Of a stretch of DNA of 64,000 bases, positions 48,381 to 60,685 are shown one piece after another. The notes beneath the pieces are model-generated. The model saw nothing but the letters and a program-made list of their open reading frames with translations, was not told the DNA's origin and made no database searches. The stretch is from Hypanus sabinus (Eukaryota). Numbering within the stretch: position 1 is the first letter of the stretch; each line of letters starts with the position of its first letter. The position numbers and the translations under genes were made by a program. The DNA lies in NCBI RefSeq assembly GCF_030144855.1, contig NC_082731.1, positions 10,540,001-10,604,000 of the forward strand, given 5' to 3'.

Positions 48381-50900
48381 TCTAATACACAATTGCCTTC
48401 TTTAAGATAAGTTCAGATTCGTCACTGAAACCTGCCCTTGACATATCCGGTACTCCTGGCTGATACGGTGACCCCAACAACTCCATCCCCACACACACTT
48501 GCTCCAAGTTTATCAATCCAAAATTTATGAAAGTGAAGTACCAGCTCCTCTTTGGCATCTTCTCTTCTTTTAACTGAAAAAAAAAATCTATACCCAGTTG
48601 CCAGGTTACCCAATTTTCAAACGTCTGACAATAAAAGATATAAAGGTGTGAAGAATAATGTGTTGCAGGACATAGAAAGTCTAGCGTCTATACTAAATAA
48701 GGTGCAAAGTCACAAAAAGGTAGATTGTGAAATCAAAAGTCCACCATATTATACCAGTGAACCATTCAGTCATCTGATAACAATAATATATAAGTTTTTC
48801 TTGAACCTGGTATCTTCTGCCCACTGGAAGAACAGAGATGAAAGCATGACTAGAGAGAATGGGTTCTTTGATTATGCTGGTTGCTTTACTAAGGCAGTGA
48901 GACGTATGGACAAGTGTCCATAGAGGGGAGGGTGATTCATGTGATGGGCTGCGCTGTCCGGAACCCTCTGTAGTTTCTTGAGTTCACGCAGAGAGCATCG
49001 CCATACCAAGCCACATTACACCCAGCCAGTATGCTTTTATCATATTTCGATAAAAGTTGCCAAGATGCACGGGAATATGCTAAATTCTAGTATATCCTGA
49101 GGAGGTAGAGGCGCTGCTGATCTTTCTTGGTCTGGTGTTTAGGTAGTTAGGCCAGGATGGGCTATTGTCTATGTACTCCCTTAGGAACCTAAAGCTCTCA
49201 ACGCTTCAATTCTCAACAGTTGCTGTAGAGAGGAGCGTCTGCACGGTCTGCCTTTCTGAAGTAAACAACACATGTTTGTTTGTTATTATTGAGGGAAACG
49301 TTGTTGTCGTGATTCTATGCCACTAAGCTCTCTATCTCCTTCACCTTCCAGGGCGTCAACATCTCAAAACGCAGCTTCAAGTTCTTGGGAATCAACATTA
49401 CCGACGATCTATTCCCTGCTCAACATATCAAAGCAATCACCGAGAAAGCAAGCCAGGGGTTTCGGGAAATTTGGAATGTCGTCGAAGACTTGAGCAAATT
49501 TCTATATATGTTCTGTGGAGAGAATTAGGACTGGTTGCATCACCGGCTGTTATGAAGGCTCCAATGCACAAGATTGAAAGAGGCTACAAATGTTTGTAGA
49601 TGCAGTCAGCTCTAACGTGGGCAAGAGCTTCCCTGCCATCGAGATCATCTTCTGAAGACTTTATCTCAAGAAGACTCCATCCAACTACCCTCATCGTCGA
49701 GACATGAATTCTTCTCATTACTAACATCAGGGTGAAGTAACACGAGCCTAAAGATGCACAATTGACGTTGTGGGAACAGCTTTGGCCATTCCTTCATCTG
49801 ATTTCTGAATGGCCGATTAAATTATAAACACTACCTTAATAAGCCTTTTTTGCACTATTTATTGATCTCACTTTTTATCGTAACTTTTAGTTTCTTGTGT
49901 GACTTTTACAATTCTGTTGCCATAAAACAACAAATTTCATGACCGATGGTAGTGATAATTCTGATTTTGATTCAGATTTCTGAACTCCGACTAATCGTTA
50001 CTTGTGATGTGGCCCACCTCGGTGATATCATCTACAAAGTTGTAAATGTATTAGAACAGAATCTGGCTATGCAGTCACAGGGAATGCAGTAAGCTGCTGA
50101 GGACACAACCTCGTTGACCACCAGTGTTTAGAATAATCATGGCAGAGATCTTGCAGCTTATCCTTATAGCTGTGGTCTGTTTGTTAAGCTGCCAAGCACC
50201 CAGTCTCAGAAGACTGAGAGGGAAACTTTGACTCCCAAGATCTAAAGTTTGGTGTTGAATTTCTTTGGAATAATAGCATTGAATGCAAACTGTACTCAAT
50301 AAACATAGTCTGATGTAGATATGTGTATTGTACAGATACTCCAGGGATGAGCCCAGGGAGATGGCGTTTGCTGTAGACCTGTTTCAGTATTCGACAAATT
50401 ACAATGAGTCAAGGTTGACTGGAAAATTCGGAGACATTGTGTGCCTTGTCCAACCATTCGAAGCACATCATGGTGGCGGATGTCAGACGATATGGGCAAC
50501 ATCTGTTAAGGTCCATTGTCTTGATACTTTGGGGGGGGGGGTTGTTTGCAGAGTGGGTTTACTGGGATGCAGACGATGTTAGCAAGAGCTGATAAGGTCC
50601 AATCTCTTGATACCTTTTTTTTGGGGGGGGCGTTATTTGCAGAGGGAGGTTACTGGGATGATAGCGTCTTCTTAAAGCAGGAGGGATCCACAGTCTGGAG
50701 TAGGGAGAGGTTAAAAAAGTTTGAACGTATACCGACCAGTTGACCCTCACAAGAACTCAAGACATGGTCAGGGACAATACCAGACTGACTGATCTAACAT
50801 CCGTCTTGATGTCTGTTATTCAGGTGCAGTGGAGACTATCAGGGTTGATGATGACACATTGGTTCCCTACTGTTCAGAATCTGTAAGGAATGTGATAAAC

Positions 50901-50995
50901 TCCTGATGAAGGGTTTCGGCCCGAAACGTCGTCACTACTTCCTCCCATAGATGCTGTCTGGCCTGCTGAGTTCTGCCAGCATTTTGTGTTTTTAT
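50901..50995 (+). mobile_element. Penelope-like terminal repeat fragment with hammerhead core
   Basis: CTGATGA-a-GGG-tttcgg-CCC-GAAACGTC followed by the catagatgctgtctggcctgctgagttc tail shared with other copies in the window. Confidence 0.7.
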
Positions 50996-52351
50996 TTGAT
51001 AAACTCATTCTAAGTTAAGTATTACATGAATATGATTGAATGGAAATGATATGAAAAGACAGTACAACTCCAATTTCACATTACATCAAATGACACGACA
51101 TTCAGATGAAGTGATAAATACACCAGCTCCTTTATATCTGAGATATAATGATCAGATGCTGATTGGGAACGTACTAAGAATATGAGCCAATTGATAATTC
51201 ATATCCCTGTATTATCGCTATTGCATATGTATGTAATGGTTCGACTATTGTGCGTGCCACAACAAAAATGCCTTCAACTGAGAAAGGACCAAATGATTTA
51301 CAAATGAAATGATGAGTTGATACACACTTTTGACCATTCAGTCTGGTTGTCTCTTTACCGCAAGCTCTGATTCACAGGTAGTGTTCCATAATTACAGGTG
51401 AACTACTGGATGCAACATCGCCTCTGCAAATCTATAACAACTTTGGTTCACTTGCTCCTACCCATAGAACCATAGAACATTACAGCACAGAAACAGGCAT
51501 TTTGGCACTTCTTTGTTTTTCCGAACATTTGATTCTGCATTGTCAATTGCTGTTGGATTGACTTTTATAAAACAAATGCTAAGCTAATGACAGAAAAATA
51601 TGTCCTTTATAATAAGAACATAATAAGAATATTGTAAGAAATAGTAAGAAGAAGAAGAATTATTATAATAAGAAATAATAAGAAAGGTAAGGGGAAATTA
51701 TCGCGGAACAGTTTGGAAACTGGTTCTATTGTGAAAAAATTCCATGACCCTTTCAGTACAGCATTGCAATTTTGCACTCTCAAACAAAGCCCATGTTTAA
51801 AAGGCTGGCTCTCTTAATATACAAAAACACAGAACAGTAATCTTTAGGAATTACTAGTCGATGAGTTTTAACGTGATCCTCCGTTAGTTGGTTTTATTTT
51901 TACATATGTAATTACTTTTAAAAACAGAGTTTGATATGTGAAGGTAATTTTCTGGAATGTTTAGTTTTCCTGTAAAGTACCATATTGTTTCAATTAAGTC
52001 CTTCTCTCAGGTTAGAATTTTAGAATATATTAATTGTTCCTTTTTTTTTCTTCTTACCCACAATCTGTCAGAGAGTCTGTATTCCATCGGACTCTTCCCA
52101 AAATGTTTCTCGTGCTCATGCAGGAGTTATTGCAGAATCATAATTCATTTCTAAAAACCATCTCGAGTAAGACATCTCAGTAGCAATTTCCATTCTCCAC
52201 TTGAGAACGTTTTTATTTTCTACGTGAGAGCTAAATGTTTAACTGAGTTGTGAAGAAGTTGGTCATTACAGAATAAGTTGTATTTTAAAATAATTCCAAC
52301 GTAAATTTCATGCAGGGAAATTCTAGAAATAATAGACGAGATGTAACTATA

Positions 52352-52560
52352 GGCCGGCTGGTGGCGTAATGGCATTAGCGTCGGGCTTCTGACTGAAGAC
52401 TCCGAGTTCGAATCCATGGGCTTTCTCCAAAATACCTGGAGAGGGATGGGTTTCAGATGCCCAAGACTCGCCGTATTAGAGCAGTCACCAAAAAGATCGG
52501 TGCAAAAAGCCTGTTATGATGGCGCCCCGACGACGCCACCAGGAGTTAAAGGCGCACCCA
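52352..52560 (+). mobile_element. tRNA-derived SINE (pol III A and B boxes)
   Basis: A box TGGCGTAATGG 52362-52372, B box GAGTTCGAATCC 52404-52415; no complete cloverleaf. Confidence 0.7.
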
Positions 52561-54639
52561 CACATCTACATATGCCTTGGTAGGCCATAAGCAGTTCAGG
52601 GGGAAAAGGAATAGCAACTGATAGGGTATACACTGTACATATCACATTGCGGTACAATGCATAATGTGATCCTAACGAAAACTGTTATCACGATGTTATT
52701 AAAATTAGCATTGGAAACAGTCCTACCATACTTCTCAAATGTCCTGGAGTGGAAAGTTTTGAACTTCCCTCTGGATATTGGTTACAGTCAGGATTCACAT
52801 GATATTCAATATGGGTGAACGAAAAGCATTACGAGACTCCAAAATTGCAGGAATGCACATATTGAAAATAAAATCTAGCGGTAACAATATGACTAACATT
52901 TGTAAATGTTCATTAGCTAGCTTTCTGAAGTCCACTGGATACAAGTCTCACCTGTTCAACCTTTCGTCATGAGTCAGACCTCACAACTCTTCTATTCCAT
53001 TTATCAGTCAGCGACCTTTCAAATCCAAAGGATTAACATTTTCCCACAAGACTGCAATACACTGTACAGGTCTCTAAGTACTATTTCGCTGATATTTGAA
53101 CGATCCATGGACATCGGACACGACCTCATTATTTCTATTTTTGCACTATTTACAGATTTTTATGTCTTTGAACTGTACTGCTGCTGCATAACAACAAATT
53201 TCACCTCAGGTTTTCAGTGATCATAAAGTTGGATCTGACACTAGTACTTAACATGAATCAGAACCAATTTTGAATTCAATTTCTCTGCCAATAAGCAATA
53301 ACATTCGACTAAATATCCAGATTTCAAAATTGTTAAACTTTATAGGCGGGGGAATCTAAATGTGAGAGATGTGGTCAGTTAAACTGACATACTATTAATA
53401 AATCCAAACAGCTCCAGTGGATTAACAGCAGGGTTTCTGCCGAACAGTGCCCCAATTACCCTTTGGCTTCCGGAATCTGTACGATGGACATCGATTGTAT
53501 CATGCGAATTTGGAAGTTAAGTGGTTCAATTCTTCCTTCACCTGATATTCAATGCACTTCCCCTTTGTACATCTGCGCTTCCTCGTATTGTTCACAACAT
53601 TCATTCTTAACTTTTAAATTCGCAGGATTTACGAATGACCAGTCATTCTGCTCAATATATTTTGAAAACTCAGAACATTATCCCGATTATGATCCCGTTC
53701 TTACAATGTAAAGATGAGGGTGTTTTACCTGTTTTGCGAAAGCCCCAAAGATGGCACAACGAAATCCAGCTGATAGGAATAGCGCTAGGTATTTATTTTC
53801 TCCATAGCAAAGACTCTTTTTTCCCCATCGGAATGAAAGAGCAAAACACAGTCGAGGACGCTACAAAGACGCCTCCATTGAATTTTAATCCAAAGTCTGT
53901 TTCTCAAACTAACAGTGCGTCACCGCAAAATGTTGGCAAAATCTTATTTGCCTGCGTTTCCTGGCCGAATTTCTTGATTGAACAAATAGCTCTCCATGGA
54001 GAAACTTGTGCAACCTCAATAAGTTCCCCTCCGATTGCTACATTTGAGAACAAACAGTCATGATCACGGGTCGCACCACCCTTTCCGTCTCGCGGCTCCC
54101 CCGCTCGAATTATTCAGCTCCAATTCCTGACTGTACCCTTCACTGTTATCCCACGGGAGGACACAGCTCAAGAACCAGTGAGGTTACCCTGAAGCTGTTA
54201 ATACGTCAATGGAAATAAATGGAAATCGGGGTTGGAATATCTATTGATTTTCCACCTGTTTAAATTTTATTTGAATTAATCGACCGTCCACCAGACGTCA
54301 CAGATTCCCCTAACTAATATTTTAATGGAAACAAATTGCATCTAATCGAAAAACACAGAAATCAGAGGTTTAAGAATCACAACTGCAGATCGTAATCGAA
54401 GTGTCAGTGTTCAATTCTTCTCCCCACTACACGGAGGCAATATATTTCATAAGCCTACAAGAATGGTAAATTGGTGCCAGCCTAACCGGCTACGCCTTTA
54501 GTAGAACCCACAGAATCAAGTTCATTGCCATATACACAAAAACATGTGTGCACAGGTTCAATGGAAAATTCATGCAGCAACTTCATTGGCATAAATTGTA
54601 TAAACATTCGCAAAGAGCATAAAATTAAAAATAAATTAT

Positions 54640-55500
54640 ACACAAAGACGAGAAAGTCTGCAGATCCATAGCAACATAAACAAAATGCTGGAGGAACTCA
54701 GCAGATATTGCGGCGTCGGAGAAATAGAATAAACAGTGGACGTTATGGGCCGAGACCTTTCTCAGGACTAAGAAGGAAGGGGGAAGATGGCAAAACTAAA
54801 AGGTGGGAGGGGAAAGAGGCTGGCTGGTAAGTGATAAGTGAAGCCAGGTGCATGAAACAGCTCAAGGACTGGAGAATGAAGGAGCTGACAGGAGATGAGA
54901 ATGGACCGTAGGAGAACGGGAAAGAGGAGGGGACCCAGGAGGAAATAATAGGCAGGTGAGAAGTAAAAGATCAGAGTGAGGAATAGAGGAATTCCAGTTT
55001 GGTTCCCTTTCGGATGTATCAATACATGGCCTCCTCTTGTGACGAGATAAAGCCACCCTCAGGGTTAAGGAGCAACAGCTCGCATTCCGACTAGGTACCT
55101 TCAACCTGATGGCATGAATATCAATTTCTTGTTTCAGTAAAGGAACCCCCACTCCCATTCTACTGCTCCGTACTCTGACCGTTTACTTCTTCTCACCTGC
55201 CTATTACTTCCCCCGGCTCCCCTCCTTCTTCCTTCATCCCCCTATCGTCCACTATCGTCTTGAATCAGATTCTTTCTTCTCCAGCCCTTGATCTTTCATA
55301 CTCACCTTGCTTCACCCATCACTTTCCGCCAAGCATATATCCACTCCCCCCACCCACCCACCCACTTTTTTTTTATTCTGGCAACTTCTCCCTTTTTTTC
55401 TCAGTGCTGACGAACGGTCTTGGCCCGAAACTTCGACTGTTTATTCTTTTCCATAGATTGTGCCTGACCTTCTGAGTTCGTTCAGCGTGTGTGTTGCTTT
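54640..55500. mobile_element. Penelope-like element remnant with inverted terminal arrangement
   Basis: + arm (about 55010-55500) carries a remnant of the GIY-YIG C-terminus (..KEQQLAFRLGTFxPDGMNINF, with a frameshift), then a pyrimidine tract and the terminal repeat; 54640-55010 is an inverted copy of that terminal region. Confidence 0.75.
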
Positions 55501-56229
55501 AAAAGGTTCATAATTTTATTTGATAAATCTGTTTTGAGATTATTGTGACAGCAAGACTTGGTGCTCAGCAATGTCACTGAGCACCAGTATACGACCCTGC
55601 GAGCTTTCCAACTTCAACACCAATTCATGATCAAGAACAAGCTAAATCTGAAGATGCTGGGATTCAAAGTAATTCGTGATATCAGGTTTGGGCTAGTTCC
55701 TTGACAATATCGTTGTGTTCAATTTCTGTAACAAGTTTTGGAAGACTTAATGAAATCTGAAACAAAAGCTGCACGGACGCAAGAAATTCGATTCAAAATC
55801 CTTAGCTTTAATTATCTATTATCACTGTGATATGTAATTTATCATATCTCAACACCGTGACATCACAGTTACCCTGAAATCATATACAAGTTGCGATTTT
55901 CAATCAAAGTTCAAAGTATATTTAGTTTCAATCTTTTTGTTAGTTGCATTGTATATTATAATACAATTCGTTCTTTTTACAGTACAATGCACTACTATGT
56001 ACGAAGTAGTGATATGGTTGACAGTCAAATCTCATGAACACGGGTCTGCATTGAGGTGGCGAATCTTGACGTCACTGGAAGCCAAATACTGAAGAAATTG
56101 AGGGTTTCGATTTTCCAGCAGAGCAACAGAGTTCTACAAAAGTTCCGATCATCTTTTTAGGGCAAAGATGAAAATGTATGTACCGTATTACCGCCGGATT
56201 ATTATGAAATGATACAGCAACTCTTGGGG

Positions 56230-57500
56230 TCCAATCCACACTGCAGTTGCACCGCATTTAGATAGAGTGATAAAGTATGTTTGCCTCGTCTTTCGGTCTC
56301 TTGAATGTAAGAGCCAGGAAGTCGTGATGCAGATGTATCAAATTTTGGTTACAATATTTTCTGTAGGTCTGTGGCTCAACTATAGAAATAATATGAATGC
56401 TTTGGAGAGAATGAAAAAGCAGAGTTATAAGGATTCTGCATGGATCAGAGGACATTAGTTATAAGGAGTTGTTGCATAAATTTACATTGTTTTCCCTGGA
56501 GCATAGTAGGCTGAGGAGCGACCGATAGTTTATAAGTTCATAAGAGGCATGACAGCGAGAATCACTGTTCCCGGAGAGAAATGTCGAGTATAAGAGAGAA
56601 TGACTTTAAGGCCAGGGGTGGGGTTGGGCCACCAGGCGTAGTGATGGAGACATTATTGTGGTCTTCAAGAGCTTTTTAGACAGGCACAAGCATATGCAGT
56701 GAGCGGAATGTTATGAATCATATGCAGATAGAAGGAAACGATTTAATTTGGTATAAAAAGCTGATAGGTTGGTTCCCGTACGGTACCATTCTATTTTCGA
56801 CGTTCGTAGGACACAGAGACAAAATGATTTTCCGTCATTTGATACTGTAAAAACATTTTGTGGCAATCTGTAGATAGACCTGGATGAGTTCATGGTATTC
56901 CATGGTTTGAGGCAAAACCTGAGGCAGTGGGAAACCAGTTTTGTTTGGAAGGAACATTATGGTTACAAGAATAGCTCAAGGTCGAATTATCTGGACTAAA
57001 TTGTTCGTACTGGGCCATTTATGATGGGATGTGGCAGGACAGGAAAGCATCGATTGCTCATTGAGTTTAAGTCATTCGTATGTGGTTCTGGTCACCACGC
57101 TGCAGGAAGGATCAGGTAGTACAAGAGAGCAGAAGAGATTCAGCGGGATGTTAAATGGAATTGAGGACCCCCGTTACAAGCAGAGATTGGGCAGGCTGCG
57201 ATTGTTCCCAATGAAAGGCTGGAGGCATGGACATACTCATGAAGTTATGAGAGGAAGGAAGGGTGTTTTTTCCAAAGACAGTCAAGTTTAGAATGAGAAA
57301 ACACAGGTTCAAGGTGAGAGAGGAAACTTTAATGAGATCTGAAGGGTAACTGTATTCACACAGAGGGTATGGTTATCTGGAATAAACTGATAGAAGTGGA
57401 CACAACTATACCATATAAAAGACATTTGTACAGATTCCTATATAGGAAAGGAAAAGAAGAAAACCAGCCACATACAGATAAGTATGATTGTTGTTAAGAA
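56230..57500 (+). mobile_element. Decayed CR1 3' fragments
   Basis: ECKSQEVVMQMYQILV, YKQRLGRLRLF and related CR1 C-terminal remnants. Confidence 0.65.
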
Positions 57501-58369
57501 ACAGGTAGACCGTTAGTGGCCGTTCCTGCGTTCTAGATGGTAAGCTTTTTTTTTCTTAATCATATCTGCTTTCTATAGCTGCAGGGGGCTCTGGAAAGAG
57601 GTAGTGCCTTTGATGTCTGGCAGCTGCACTCTACATAGTCGGGTGGACGGGCTATGATAGAGGGCAATGGGTATTAAAGAGGGACAGTATTTGCCTGCAG
57701 ACGATCTGGAGGACTACATGCTGCAATGTGGGAGAAAATTAGTACAGACTTTCGAAATGCAGTCGCCTCTTTTTGATGTGGATAACAGAATTCAATTTCC
57801 GGGCATGCCTTTAGTCTCCGCATGCCGACCATGATTCACAACTTTTCTGTCGGTTTCCTTCTCTGCTATGCAGCACGTAAACACTGAAAACACCCTTCAG
57901 ATTATCAGTAACAGACACATTTCCTTCAGCTTAGTTTGGCATTTTTACCAAATCCTCTCGGCATTGAAAAGGAAACAATGAATAATTCGCTGCAGTTCCC
58001 TGACATTTAGCGGTTATAAGTGTTCGTTATTTCTATTGGAAAGAAAGGAAATAGCAGAAACAGTTCAGCAACTCGAACTGAGAAGTGCAGAAGAAATCAA
58101 TTAATTCATTATGTGTTCCGTCTCGATTTCAAATCTCAGAGGGATATATTCCTGGAAGATTAAATAAACTTCTGTTTCTGGAGACCCGTTGTAGAGAGGT
58201 TCCTGGTTTATCATCAACCATTCACTCGTAGCTGATTGAAATGCCCAACCATTCATAGATAAGTCCTATGCTGGTTTGACTTTCCAAATTCCATGATCTC
58301 ACACTGAGTAATGTTGAATCTCCTTGGTCCACTTCCCTAATTGGTCAAGAATTTGGTACTTGCAGGCAT

Positions 58370-58830
58370 ATGATAAATCAGGCCAATTCAGCATGGTTTA
58401 GTGAAGGGGAAATCTGGCCTCACACATCTGCTCGAGTTCCTTTTGGAAATATCAAGCAAAATAGACCAAAAAGAGTCGGTGGATGCTGTTTACTTGGATT
58501 TTCTGAAGGCCCTTGACAAGACGCCATCGATAGAGCTGCTAAACAAAATTATAGGACATGGTCCTACAGGAAAAATACTAGAATTTATGGATTGGATGAC
58601 TGACAGAAGGCAGAGTGAAAATGAAGGAGGCATTTTCCGGTTTGCTGCCAGTGGCTAACAGCGTTCGACAGGGGTAGGTGTTGGGACCACTTATTTTCAG
58701 GTTATATGTCAATGATTTGGATGATGGGATCAATGCCATAGTAGTTGGAAGGCAGTTAGTGTTCCCTATAGTGAGGGATGCTGGGACCAGTGGGCAGAGA
58801 CTCAGAATACAAAGACATCCCTTCAGAACA
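58370..58830 (+). mobile_element. CR1 RT fragment
   Basis: HGLVKGKSGLTHLLEF...DAVYLDFLKALDK (58401-58658). Confidence 0.75.
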
Positions 58831-59200
58831 GCTTATTTTCCGAGATAAAACCTTTACCCACCACACTGCTTCCTACCTCCAAGCCAGTCTTGAATCCGTC
58901 TAACTGCCTTTGTCTGGATTCCTGGACTTCCAGACCAGCCTACTATGTGGGATCTAATCGAAGGCTCAGCTCTACCCTCAAATACCATTTTGTTTACTTC
59001 TTCAAAAATTCTAGAATATTCATCAAGCATGACTTTCCACAAATAAAGCCATATTAACTCCTCCAGATCCTGTCATTCAGGATTCCCTTGCAGCAAATTC
59101 CCTACCAGTGAGGTCTACCTGAGGGCCTTGTAGTTCGCTGACTTGTAATTGTTACTTTCTCAAAGTTCTTTGACAATATAACTGGTGGGATAAACGGGTA

Positions 59201-59201
59201 C

Positions 59202-59241
<40 letters not shown>
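59201..59241. repeat. (AC)n microsatellite
   Basis: Read directly from the sequence. Confidence 0.95.
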
Positions 59242-59244
<3 letters not shown>

Positions 59245-60685
59245 GGGAACCTATCACTCTGATTCACTTATGTTTCTATAAAGCTTCGATGTTAAAGTCT
59301 GTTGCATCATATAGACGACTACTAGAAAGACACAAAGATCTGCAATTATGTATGGACAGGTTTGATAAGTTAGCGGAAAGGCAGCTAGAGTATACATAGA
59401 AGAGTTTCTGCAGCTGCTGGAAATCCCATGTAAAATGCTGGAGGAGCTCATCAAGTCAGGCAATACTGTGTCTCCAGTATGGAGGCAATATACAGTCAAT
59501 GTTTGAAGCCGAGACACTTCATCAGTACTGGCAAGGAAGGAAGAACAAGCGAGAATAACAAGGTGGGGAGATGGAAGGAGTAAAAGCTCATGAAGACAGA
59601 TGAGGAGGAAAATAATTTAGTATGGCAGGGAGAATGAAGTGAAAGACATGAAGGTGAAAAGTGAGAAGTACAGTCATTACAATGTAAAATTGTTGATTTA
59701 GGAAAAATGGTTGTACAGCTTAATATATGAACGACATTAAATAACAATAACCACTCATGTTCCATGAAGGGGCTTCCAGAAAACAGCTAATACAACCGAT
59801 GGCTAAGAGCTCAAACAACTCAGAGCCTTGCATGGACACGCATAGGCCAGCTTGGGGTTTTATGGGCCACACCAAATCCCTCCCACTGTTCACCAAATTC
59901 ATATCCCATGGATCTTTCCTGAGTTGAGTGCATGATAAGCTATTCCACATTACAGTTTTCTGACGGCAAATCGTCTATGAAAATTAGAAACATTGTAATC
60001 CAAGCATGAATCTAATTATAAAATCAAGACTCCTGTGAAACATTGTATTTGAATTGATGGCTCCAGGAAGCACACTGGGATTCCCAAAGGTGCTCTTCAG
60101 AGCAGCTCATGATTTCACAGAATGAAATACTTCTTGCTGTCTCTTTCAATCATTCCCGCCTTGATAAGGTTAGCTAATCAGGGACCAACACGGCTGGTTG
60201 CTATGGGGTGAAGAAATAATCTTTTCTTCAAGTCATGATTTGAGAACAAAGATATGAGTTTTATTTATACATAATTATGAAAAAAATTGAAACCCATGGA
60301 ACTGAAATCAATCATATTCATATGGTTTGGAAATTAGTTGATCAGCTTTCTAGCAACTGATATAGTACTAAACTGATGGGCACAGATTTACAGAATGTGG
60401 ACTGAAGGTCGTGCGAAGTACTCTGCAGAGTCAATCCCCAGGACCAGCAAATATCATTGGCCGAGTACTCAGGGACTGTGCACACCTGCTCACTGACGAC
60501 TTCATCAACATCTTCAATACTTCAGTCATCCAGGCTACTGTGCCACAAGTTAAAATCAGCCACTAACATCCCTGTGCCAATGGACTCTACACCTTCAGAA
60601 ATAAATAACTACCGCCCGGTGACATTGATGCCAATAATTCTGAAGTTCTTTGAGTGGCTGGAAATGACACATATCAAAAACAATT

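Noticed and set aside
52352-52425. tRNA gene
   Set aside because: A and B boxes are present, but acceptor and anticodon stems do not pair and the sequence continues into a SINE body.
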